Source of the DNA: a virus
DNA length: 64,000 bases
Strand: one strand, 5' to 3'
Virus record (IMG/VR): IMGVR_UViG_3300018080_000004
Positions 54,922 through 63,168 of this stretch are shown here, in pieces; position 1 is the first letter of the stretch, and each line of letters opens with the position of its first letter. The notes beneath the pieces are model-generated. The model was not told where the DNA came from, did not search any database, and worked only from the letters and a program-made list of their open reading frames with translations. The position numbers and the translations under genes were made by a program.

Positions 54922-55223
54922 GAAGACGAGCACCCAAGAAGCCGGGACCCAAACTGAACCGAGACTGGGTGGGCCTCCGTGTCCGGCTGCGTCGGGAGGC
55001 ATCGAACGCCTACGGGGTCCTCCCGGCCGGGACGGAGGGGGTCATCAAGCACTACTCGTCCGGACGGCCCAGGATCGAGTTCATGAGCGACGAGTGCCCG
55101 CACTGTAAAGTCCGGATCAGGATCAGCGGGATGAGCCGCTTCGACTTCGACATCTTGACCCCGAAGGAAGACTGGCCCGACACGAGAGGGAAGGGCCGCC
55201 ACTACGAGGAGAGGCGCTGGTGA
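54918..55223 (+). CDS. Hypothetical protein
   Basis: SD GGAGG; CPHC. Confidence 0.6.
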   Translation: MRRRAPKKPGPKLNRDWVGLRVRLRREASNAYGVLPAGTEGVIKHYSSGRPRIEFMSDECPHCKVRIRISGMSRFDFDILTPKEDWPDTRGKGRHYEERRW

Positions 55224-55597
55224 GCATCCGCATCGTGAACGTCCGCTTCCATGGGGCGCCGAAGGGCCCGAATGAGGTCTACGTCGGCCGGTACGTGGCG
55301 GGACGGCAGGACCTCAAGCCGTCGCCCCTGGGGAACGTGCCGGGCCGTAGCTGCACGCCCATCGAGGCCACCGAAATCTACCGGGAGTGGCTCCACGAGC
55401 GCGTGGTGAAGGGCAAGAGCTGGCCGTACAGCAAGGCGCGGGCGGAGCTCAAGCGTCTGTGCGATCTCCACGAGCAATACGGGGACCTCGTGCTCGTGTG
55501 CTGGTGTGCCCCGGAGGCTGGATGGACCTCGGCTGACAAGCCCCGCCGCTGCCACGCCCAGATCATCGCCAAGTACATCGAGGAGCGGCTGGGATGA
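55220..55597 (+). CDS. DUF4326-family protein
   Basis: VYVGR...SPLGN...YREWL...LVCWCAP...CHA. Confidence 0.82.
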   Translation: MSIRIVNVRFHGAPKGPNEVYVGRYVAGRQDLKPSPLGNVPGRSCTPIEATEIYREWLHERVVKGKSWPYSKARAELKRLCDLHEQYGDLVLVCWCAPEAGWTSADKPRRCHAQIIAKYIEERLG

Positions 55598-55842
55598 ATA
55601 CGACTTACATCCAGGTAACGCTCCAGGTGGCCGTGGAGGACCCGGCGCACTGCTCCGGCGCGTGCAATTACGCCGGGGCCGAGCTGTGCCTGCTCTTCGG
55701 GCGAGCCCGGATGCGGGACCCGCAGACGGACCTCTACTGGCGGCTTCCGGACTGCGAAAAGGGCGGCGAGCTCCTCGAAGCGTGCATGGACCTCCGGAAG
55801 GAGATCGAGGGGAGCGGCAAGAAGCGCAAGGGGAGGAAGTGA
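55594..55842 (+). CDS. Small Cys-rich protein
   Basis: C...C...C.LF...R...C. Confidence 0.6.
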   Translation: MNTTYIQVTLQVAVEDPAHCSGACNYAGAELCLLFGRARMRDPQTDLYWRLPDCEKGGELLEACMDLRKEIEGSGKKRKGRK

Positions 55843-56036
55843 TGGGTGTCATTGACACCATCATCTCGGTGGCCGCCATCCTTGGGGTGGTCGTCTTCCT
55901 CGTGTGGGTCTTCATCTGGGACATGCGGGCCAAGCGGGCCCTCAAGGAGATCGACCAGTGGGACCGGGCCCTCAAGGAGCTCTACAGGGAGGCCGAGGAG
56001 CGCAAGCGCAAGAAGGAGGAGACGGATGACGCTTGA
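55842..56036 (+). CDS. Small membrane protein
   Basis: N-terminal TM helix, charged C-terminus. Confidence 0.6.
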   Translation: MGVIDTIISVAAILGVVVFLVWVFIWDMRAKRALKEIDQWDRALKELYREAEERKRKKEETDDA

Positions 56037-56178
56037 AGCTCGTATTTTTCTGACCATTGTCGCGGTTCTCATCATTCTCGTGCTCGTCTTTGTAGTGGCG
56101 TACCCCGTTGAGGTGGACTGGCACGAGATAGACAGGGACGGCTACCCGGAAGAGGAGGAAGAGGATGGAGCCCAGTAG
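56026..56178 (+). CDS. Small membrane protein
   Basis: N-terminal TM helix, acidic C-terminus. Confidence 0.55.
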   Translation: MTLEARIFLTIVAVLIILVLVFVVAYPVEVDWHEIDRDGYPEEEEEDGAQ

Positions 56179-56611
56179 GAACGTGAAGGAGCTCCTCGCC
56201 AGGGTCGAGGAGGCCATCCAGGCCGTCACCGAGCCCTTCGCTTTCGAGGGTAGGAACACGGCCGAGGACCGCGAGATGATCCGCACCCAGGTCTTCGACA
56301 TCCTCCAAGGGATCATCCACGAGCGCGTGCCGGAGCGCCCGTGCCCAGGCGTGTGCGTCCAGGAGTCCACGGAGCCCGACCAGTTCTACCTGGAGTTCTT
56401 CTACCCCAAGACGGGGAAGCCGATGGGTGTCGAGGCTCTTTACCGGTACGTCGGACTCCTGCCGGACACCCACGAGATGGGCGTCATCGTCGAGTTCACG
56501 GCCCCCATCGAGCTGCACTGCTCGGTCTGCGGCGAGCCCCAGTTCAAGACCCCCGGCGGGATGACCTGCAAGAACGGCCACGGCGGGGCCCCCGCGAAGG
56601 AGGAAGGATGA
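56165..56611 (+). CDS. Hypothetical protein with a tail-sheath C-terminal-like segment and Zn ribbon
   Basis: LARVEEAIQAVTEPFAFEGRNTAEDREMIRTQVFDILQGI; CSVC...C..GH. Confidence 0.55.
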   Translation: MEPSRNVKELLARVEEAIQAVTEPFAFEGRNTAEDREMIRTQVFDILQGIIHERVPERPCPGVCVQESTEPDQFYLEFFYPKTGKPMGVEALYRYVGLLPDTHEMGVIVEFTAPIELHCSVCGEPQFKTPGGMTCKNGHGGAPAKEEG

Positions 56612-56976
56612 GCCTCAGCACCGCCCAGAAGGCCCTCATCATCCTGGAGGCCGCGAAGAGCCCGCTGCCCACCGGCTACATCGGGGAGCAGCTCTGGGGC
56701 GACGGTATCCGGCTGCCCCAGCACTATGCCCGCCCGGCCGGGCGCGTCCTGAACTGTCTCCGGGAGGCCGGGCTCGTCGTCCGGGTCCATCGAGGCGGCA
56801 AGGGCTTCATGGGGTGGGAGATCACCGAGGCGGGACGGCGTGCGCGGGCGGTGTCGAAGGTCGCCCAGAAGATGGGCGTCGCTATCCGCGAAGGCATCCG
56901 TGAGGGGATCAGGAATACGCGGCCCATGAGCCAGAAGAAGTCCAGGGTGACGTACCTGGGCGAGGAGGAAGGATGA
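56608..56976 (+). CDS. Winged-helix DNA-binding protein
   Basis: AGRVLNCLREAGLV...WEITEAGR. Confidence 0.65.
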   Translation: MSLSTAQKALIILEAAKSPLPTGYIGEQLWGDGIRLPQHYARPAGRVLNCLREAGLVVRVHRGGKGFMGWEITEAGRRARAVSKVAQKMGVAIREGIREGIRNTRPMSQKKSRVTYLGEEEG

Positions 56977-58361
56977 AATCGGACCTCAAGATCGAGATCG
57001 ACGGGAAGGCCGTGTCCCTCGAAGACTACCTTTTCCCGATCCCCTACCCCTCCACGGACTACGAGGAGCAGGCCCGCTTCCAGGAGAAGGTCCGGAACTT
57101 CCTGCGCCCGCGTCCTCGAAAGGGGAGGGACGGACCGCCTCCGGACCCCACGCCGATCTACATGCTCGCACCCGACGCGGGCTTCCCGCTCCACAGGGGG
57201 ACAGCCTTCGTGGAGGCTGGGCATGTCACGTCTTTCGAGTGCCCGGCCCTCCCCTCGCCGCTCTTCTGCTTGAACCGAACGGTGGAGATGTGGCCGAAGC
57301 CCATGCGGGTGAAGCTCTACCTCAAGAGAGACCGTGACAGGGAGGTCGTCTGGGGGTGCGTCGCCGAGGGAGCCAAGTTCGTCGTGAACTTCGTGGACGA
57401 GGCGTGGATCAGGACCGTCTACGACGGGCCCATCCTCGTCCTCGTGCCCGTTCCAGCGAAGCCCTCGTGTGTCACGTGTCCACCGGGGAAGAACGCCGTG
57501 TGCAACGAAGAGGGGCAGTGCTTGGCGACCGGAGAGGAGATGCCGGAGTCGTCGTTCGGCCGAGAGGCCACAGCGAAGGAAGGAGAAGCCATGACCTTCA
57601 AGAAGGGGGAGAAGATGGCCGACAGGTACGGCCCGGTGAAGTTCGAGGTGCCGAACCGGCGCTACGTGCGCTCGTTCATGCTCTTCTATCTGGAGCCCGA
57701 CGGGGACGGCCGCTCGCGCCTCAAGACCGCTGCCATCATGCGGCCGGTGGACCTCATCGACTTCCAGGCCAAGCTCTCGAACGGCCAGATCAAGATGCCG
57801 GAGGGGATGAGCCTCACGGTCCAGCTTTTCGGCCAGAGCGCCGACCTCGTGGCGGACGACAAGGAGCCCCCGGTCCGTTTCACGCCCGGCCAGTTCGAGG
57901 GGGGCCCCATCGAGATGCAGGGGGACCCGGAGAACGTCAAGAGCTTCCTCAAGGGCGCGGCCGAGGCGGCCGGGCTCCTGGACGAGGCCCCCATGCTCCA
58001 GTGCACGAAACACGGCACCAAGTTCGCCCCCAGGGAGGAGGGTGTCACCATCGGGGAGTGCCCCTGGTGTCTGGTGGAGCAGCGGGACGCCCTCGCCGCC
58101 GACTACAAGAGTCTCAAGGCCGAACTTGCCACCATCTTCGGGCCCGTCCAACCCCACCACGGCATGACATGGAACGCGAGTATGCTGTGCCGGATAGGGG
58201 AGGTTCTGGCCGAGCAGGAGAGGCCCTTTCAGATCAGGTTCGACGGCCCTCCCGGCCCGGAGGCCGGGCGGTTTATCGAGGTCGAGGACCGGGACGGGAA
58301 GAGCATCTCCAAGGGGCGCTGGGAGCAGGACGGGGAGTATTGGCTCCTCATCATCGAGTAG
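56973..58361 (+). CDS. Mosaic hypothetical protein (possible internal start at 57591)
   Basis: Internal SD AAGGAG-ATG; C-terminal FDGPPGPEAGRFIEVED domain. Confidence 0.6.
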   Translation: MKSDLKIEIDGKAVSLEDYLFPIPYPSTDYEEQARFQEKVRNFLRPRPRKGRDGPPPDPTPIYMLAPDAGFPLHRGTAFVEAGHVTSFECPALPSPLFCLNRTVEMWPKPMRVKLYLKRDRDREVVWGCVAEGAKFVVNFVDEAWIRTVYDGPILVLVPVPAKPSCVTCPPGKNAVCNEEGQCLATGEEMPESSFGREATAKEGEAMTFKKGEKMADRYGPVKFEVPNRRYVRSFMLFYLEPDGDGRSRLKTAAIMRPVDLIDFQAKLSNGQIKMPEGMSLTVQLFGQSADLVADDKEPPVRFTPGQFEGGPIEMQGDPENVKSFLKGAAEAAGLLDEAPMLQCTKHGTKFAPREEGVTIGECPWCLVEQRDALAADYKSLKAELATIFGPVQPHHGMTWNASMLCRIGEVLAEQERPFQIRFDGPPGPEAGRFIEVEDRDGKSISKGRWEQDGEYWLLIIE

Positions 58362-58369
58362 GGGGGCGC

Positions 58370-58573
58370 GTGCCCGAAGCGTTCGAGATCAGGATGCTCC
58401 CGGAGTTCTTGCAGGCCGTGGAGCACGAGTTCTGGGCCCGGTATCCGGACCTCTACGAGAGGTACTGCGTCTTCCTGGGGACCCAGATTCAGCGCGTGCA
58501 GCGCGGGGAGATCAAGGAGCGGGACTACATCGAGGAGTGGAAAGACAAGCACCCTGGAAAGGAGGAGCCATGA
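58370..58573 (+). CDS. Small hypothetical protein
   Basis: GTG start; ATGA overlap with the next gene. Confidence 0.5.
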   Translation: MPEAFEIRMLPEFLQAVEHEFWARYPDLYERYCVFLGTQIQRVQRGEIKERDYIEEWKDKHPGKEEP

Positions 58574-59907
58574 GCATACCGCCCTATCTGGAAGGCATCC
58601 TGGAGCGCCGCAGGGAGCGCCTCCTGGCCCTCCTGAACGCCCTGGACCACCACCCGATCTTCGGGGAGCTGTACTCGAAGTACGGCCAGAACATCCTCAT
58701 GCACTGGGGCCCGGAGAAGGGCGAGCTGGACGAGGTTCTGGCCCTCGAAGAGGAGTTCCCGGAACTCGGCCTCAAGGACGTGGGTGGGGGTCTCGCTGTC
58801 ACCTTCGCCTCGCTCCTCGCCACCATCACGGACGTGCTCTGCGGGGAGCGCCTCGCTTTCAAGCAGGAGCCCATCGACGGCGGCGATCCGAGGGAGGGGA
58901 AGACCGTGGGCTTCCAGTGGACCACGCCGCGCAAGGTGCAGGCCCCAGAGGTCCGGGTCATCGAGAAGATGGAGCTGACCTCCGTGAGCCTCATTCCGGA
59001 GGAGGCCGTGGTGGACCCCCACTGCAAGGTGGCCGTTCCGGACGGCCCAGCCTCGTTCGTGCTCGCCAGGGCTGGGGAGCCTGACCACTACGGCCGGAAG
59101 TTCACCCGCGAGGCGCTGGAGGCGGAGGCCGAGCGGCTGAACAAGACAAAGGGATGCGACCTGACCCACGGTCCCCTCGCGGAGCCTGTGGCGAAGCTCG
59201 TCGAGGCCCGCATGGAGGGCGACGACCTCCTGGTCTTTTTCGACCCACTGCCGGGCCTGTTCAAGCTCCGAGAGGGGTGGGTGGCGAGCGCATGGACAGA
59301 CAAGGGGGCCATCTCGGCCGGACACGGCACCGAGGAGAACTGTGGCACGTTCAAGTGCATGGACGCCCCCGACGCCGAGCCGATCAAGGCCCCGGAGGGC
59401 CCGATCACCCTCATGGGCCAGCGGACGCTCGTGCGCCCTGCCGACAGGGGTAACGTGTTCATCTGCGACGCCTGCATCCCCGGCGGCGAGGGAATCACCC
59501 TGGAGGGCTACGTCGGGGAGGGGAGGAGCTGCGCCTGCTTCATCTGCGGGGGCATGTTCACCCGGAGCGAGGTGAACGAGGTGTCCCGCGAGAGGGGCCA
59601 GGAGATCGCCAAGAGGGCGGGACCTCTTGGAGGAGGCCCCATCTGCCCCGTCGGCGACGAGGGCGTCGAGGGGCCGACTGGGATGCTCGAAGGGGACGAG
59701 CGGGCTGAGCTGCCGGGCCATCCGGACGACTGCCGGTGCCTGCTCTGCATGGCCGAGCGCGGGAAGCGCGTGCGCGTGGCCTGCGTCGAGTGCGAAACCG
59801 TGTTCAACCCGAACGTGGACCCGAACGCGGCAGCCGTGCCCGGCGGCCCTCTCTGCCCGGACTGCTACAAGAAGAAGCGCGGGGAGGACGACGATGGGGA
59901 AGCGTAG
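58570..59907 (+). CDS. Mosaic protein with prohead-protease-like segments and several CxxC motifs
   Basis: IEKMELTSVSLIP; PDHYGRKFTREALE; CDAC, CFIC, CRCLLC, CVEC, CPDC. Confidence 0.6.
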   Translation: MSIPPYLEGILERRRERLLALLNALDHHPIFGELYSKYGQNILMHWGPEKGELDEVLALEEEFPELGLKDVGGGLAVTFASLLATITDVLCGERLAFKQEPIDGGDPREGKTVGFQWTTPRKVQAPEVRVIEKMELTSVSLIPEEAVVDPHCKVAVPDGPASFVLARAGEPDHYGRKFTREALEAEAERLNKTKGCDLTHGPLAEPVAKLVEARMEGDDLLVFFDPLPGLFKLREGWVASAWTDKGAISAGHGTEENCGTFKCMDAPDAEPIKAPEGPITLMGQRTLVRPADRGNVFICDACIPGGEGITLEGYVGEGRSCACFICGGMFTRSEVNEVSRERGQEIAKRAGPLGGGPICPVGDEGVEGPTGMLEGDERAELPGHPDDCRCLLCMAERGKRVRVACVECETVFNPNVDPNAAAVPGGPLCPDCYKKKRGEDDDGEA

Positions 59908-60622
59908 GCCGAGCTGGGCCGCTCCCCCGCCGGGCGAGGTCCAGGACAAGTCCAGGGGACCCCGGAAGGAGCCGGGCCCACGGTTCACGAACACGTCGCC
60001 GTGGCTCCTCCAGCATCCGAACCTGCCCAAGCCCATGCACGGGCTGAATCCGAGGACCCTCCTGGGGCAGGAGTGGTGGGACGTGAAGCGCCGGGCCGCG
60101 TATGCCGAGAGGGACTTCCACTGTTGGGCTTGCGGGGTCCACAAGCGCGACGCCCAGGTCTACCAGTGGCTCGAAGGACACGAGGAGTACAGGATCGACT
60201 ACACGGCCGGGCGCATGGAGTTCGTCCGCGTCGTGGCCCTGTGCCATTTTTGCCACAGCTTCATCCACAGCGGGCGCCTCATGGCCCTCCATGAGAAGGG
60301 GGAGATCACTTCTGGCCGGTTCAAGAAGGTGATCGTCCACGGCCTGGACGTTCTCCACGAGGCGGGGGCGCTCCCCTGGGCCGAGACGGTCCGGGTGGCC
60401 CTCCTCGTGGCCGACGCCCGAGGATGGCGCGGCTACAAGGGGTGGCCGATCAAGCGGCTGGCGAAGCTGCACGTGGCGGCCAAGAAGGTCGATCAGACGC
60501 CCGCGAAGATCGCCGCCTGGGGCAAGTGGCGGCTGGTGATCGAGGGGAGCGATTTCAAGCCCCTCCACAAGGACATGGACGCCTGGAGGAGGGCCTACGA
60601 CGTGTTTCCTGGAGACGAGTGA
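59894..60622 (+). CDS. HNH-family endonuclease-like protein
   Basis: CWACG...LEGHE...ALCHFCHSFIH. Confidence 0.75.
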   Translation: MGKRRPSWAAPPPGEVQDKSRGPRKEPGPRFTNTSPWLLQHPNLPKPMHGLNPRTLLGQEWWDVKRRAAYAERDFHCWACGVHKRDAQVYQWLEGHEEYRIDYTAGRMEFVRVVALCHFCHSFIHSGRLMALHEKGEITSGRFKKVIVHGLDVLHEAGALPWAETVRVALLVADARGWRGYKGWPIKRLAKLHVAAKKVDQTPAKIAAWGKWRLVIEGSDFKPLHKDMDAWRRAYDVFPGDE

Positions 60623-60722
60623 TGGCAGCAAGCGTTCACACGGTCAAGAAGTGCCGGAAGTCGCCGGGCACCTGCGGCCTGGACGGCCCCACGGCCGCCG
60701 AGATGCTTCTGGGGGGACAGGA

Positions 60723-60962
60723 ATGAGCATCCTGGACCGGATCAGGAAGACGGAGCGCATGATCGACTTCCTGCGCCGGAAGTACCCCCAGTACACGTGG
60801 CGCTACAACGCCTACCTCCACCGGTGGGTCTGCGGGGCCGGGTACGTGATGAACGTGGCCGCCTTCGCGCCCAGGTACGACGGGGACGACGACACCTTCA
60901 TCACGGAGACGTGGTTCTACTTCTACGCCAAGGGCAAGCGCCCGGAAAGGGTCTGGAGATGA
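60723..60962 (+). CDS. Small hypothetical protein
   Basis: ATGA overlaps on both sides. Confidence 0.6.
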   Translation: MSILDRIRKTERMIDFLRRKYPQYTWRYNAYLHRWVCGAGYVMNVAAFAPRYDGDDDTFITETWFYFYAKGKRPERVWR

Positions 60963-61726
60963 GAACCTGCGTGAATTGCGGGGACGACTACGAGGACGCC
61001 GACGCCAGGGAGGGCTCGAACGCCTGCCCGGACTGCCAGAGGGCCATGGACCTCCTCAAGCCGGAGCTGGAGCGCCTCCAGAAGGTGGAGGCGGCCTACG
61101 AGGACGTGAAGCGGGAGCTCCGGGACACGCGGGACCGCGAGCGGCAGCTCCGGAGGTGCATCGACTTCCTTGCCGAGTACGGGCACTTCGGTCTCGGCAG
61201 CTACAATGGCCCGAACGGCCTGGAGAGCTCCACGGAGTCCCGCTGGTTCTACCGGACGGAGGCGATCTTCAAGGCTCCGGGCCCGTTCAAGCCCGTGTGC
61301 CTCCAGGAGGCGCTTGCGCGGTTCCTCGCGGCGGAAAGACGCTCGGAGGCCGAGGCCGCCGACGAACTGCCGACCTTTCGCCAGACCCCTCCGCTCGGTG
61401 TCGAGTACGAGCTGTGGGTCAAGTCGTTCGGTGCTTTCCTGCACAAGCTCCAGTCCATGGTCTGGGGCCGCACCTGCGACAGGCGACCGGACACCCTGCT
61501 CGCGTCGCCGAGCGTCTGGCCGATCATCGAGGCCCAGGACGGCTTCGAGGCGGCCGATCTCCCGCGCCCCGTCGAGGGATGGACGGAGCGGGCCCACATG
61601 GGAATCCTGCGCCGTCACGGCCTCTCCGTCGTCATCGACCCGCACTACACGGCGGGGCACGGCGAGGTCCGCTGCTCCGAGGGCGCTGGAGTCGAGTACA
61701 TCGAGAAGTTCCGAATCGAGGACTGA
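60959..61726 (+). CDS. Zn-ribbon/coiled-coil protein with C-terminal major-capsid-like segment
   Basis: CVNC...CPDC; ELWVKSFGAFLHKLQSMVWGRT...LLASPSVWPIIE...GF...MGIL...VVIDPHY. Confidence 0.6.
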   Translation: MRTCVNCGDDYEDADAREGSNACPDCQRAMDLLKPELERLQKVEAAYEDVKRELRDTRDRERQLRRCIDFLAEYGHFGLGSYNGPNGLESSTESRWFYRTEAIFKAPGPFKPVCLQEALARFLAAERRSEAEAADELPTFRQTPPLGVEYELWVKSFGAFLHKLQSMVWGRTCDRRPDTLLASPSVWPIIEAQDGFEAADLPRPVEGWTERAHMGILRRHGLSVVIDPHYTAGHGEVRCSEGAGVEYIEKFRIED

Positions 61727-61728
61727 CC

Positions 61729-62157
61729 ATGCCTTTCATTCTGGTCTACGAAGAGGACGGGCACTGCGAGCGCGAGCTGCTGACGCTGGGGGCGCTCCGG
61801 TCCGGGCTGCCGGTCCGGCACAGGACGGCCCGGCTCGCGGAGTTCCTGCTGACCGAGGGGACGCCCACGGAGGACGAGCGGTTCCTCATGGACCGGTTCC
61901 TCGACCTCGCCCAGGGGGCGGGCAGCGGCCCGAACTGGGCCCTCTCCGAGGCCCTCCGGCGGCTCGAACACCACGTCGCCGCCCGCGTCCAGGACGCCAA
62001 GGAGCGGGGAGCCCGGCCGAGCCTCCTGGCGGCCATCGAGGCCCAGGTGGCGGCCATGCACGAGGACGACGACTCCCACGTGATGAAGACCCTGTGCGCG
62101 GGCGTCTCGGCGCGGGTGGGCTACGAGTGGAAGCCCTACAAGGAGGACGCCGACTGA
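61729..62157 (+). CDS. Hypothetical protein
   Basis: SD GAGGA; last gene before the non-coding region. Confidence 0.6.
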   Translation: MPFILVYEEDGHCERELLTLGALRSGLPVRHRTARLAEFLLTEGTPTEDERFLMDRFLDLAQGAGSGPNWALSEALRRLEHHVAARVQDAKERGARPSLLAAIEAQVAAMHEDDDSHVMKTLCAGVSARVGYEWKPYKEDAD

Positions 62158-62188
62158 CCGTAAGCGCGTACGCCCTACCCCCGGCCCA

Positions 62189-62288
62189 TGCTATACTGAG
62201 GTCTCACGCGCCGGGCTCTCGGTGAGCGCCGGTGGCAACGGGGCCCACGCCTGAACATGGGGGGCAGGTCGTGGCCCCGTTCTTTTTC
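62189..62288 (+). ncRNA. Candidate small RNA: extended -10 promoter, hairpin and terminator
   Basis: TGCTATACT; AACGGGGCCCACG...CGTGGCCCCGTT-CTTTTT. Confidence 0.4.
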
Positions 62289-62765
62289 GGCCCACCGCCC
62301 CCGCACCGCCCACCGCCCTGTGCATGCCCAAGTGCACCCTCCCTGTGCGCCCCCACCCCCAGAGCCCCCGGAACCCCCTACCGTGCGCCCCACTCCCATC
62401 ACTCAAACCATACCCCCAGAGCGCCCCACCATACCTGGACAGAGGACCCACAGAATCCGCCCAGAGAACCCCCGGAAGATACTCCTCCCCCCGCGCACGC
62501 GCTCGTGCCCGAGATACCATCCCCACCCCCACCGAAACCAGCACACGGATCATGCCCCCCACATGACACAGCAGAGCGCATCGAGACCCGTGGAAAAGGT
62601 CCCTCAACCCCGCCCCTACCCCGGTACTCCCCGCTACGGGTGGGAAACCATGCACCCGATCATGAGATGCTCGGATGTAGCAGAGCGTATCACGACCCAG
62701 GGGAAAGACCCCTCAGCCCAGTCCCAACCCGCAGTTCGCGCACCCCACGCGGACGGCCGCAGGGG

Positions 62766-63168
62766 CCCCTGGGACCGCGTTTACGGGGGGCACCCTCGCG
62801 GTATCGTCCACTGTCGGTAGCGACAGTCAGCGGGCCCTGGGACCGGGCGCGGGGCGGCTGGCGCACTGCGGGTTCGGCGGGGTGCCCCACTGTCGGTAGC
62901 GACAGTCGTGGGATTTCCCTTGACGACCCCTGGGACCGGGGGCAGAATGAGGACGAGCTGCGGGGCGCGGCCACCGGCCACTGTGCCCCCCGGAGCGACA
63001 ACCGAGCGGCCCAGGACTACTGGGACCGACGGCGACTGACTGGAACACCGTTCGAGAGGTTGCGCCATGAACCGATGCCGTGCATGCGGTCTTCCCACCC
63101 GTTCACCTTCCCTCGCCTGTGCCCAGTGCGGCACGCTCCACGAGGGCGCCCCTCCCCTGGGACCGGGG
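62766..63168 (+). repeat. Dispersed CCCTGGGACCG repeats interleaved with the 18-bp palindromes
   Basis: Copies near 62767, 62835, 62928, 63020 (partial) and 63155; palindromes at 62810 and 62889. Confidence 0.65.

Noticed and set aside
2069-60144. Many long minus-strand ORFs (e.g. 2069-4300, 7529-9412, 16612-19068, 45694-48204)
   Set aside because: They are antisense shadows of GC3-biased + strand genes, with no motifs or SD sites and V/L/G/R/H-rich composition
62766-63168. Mini-CRISPR array from the CCCTGGGACCG repeats
   Set aside because: Repeats are only ~11 bp with irregular spacing, and one lies inside an ORF
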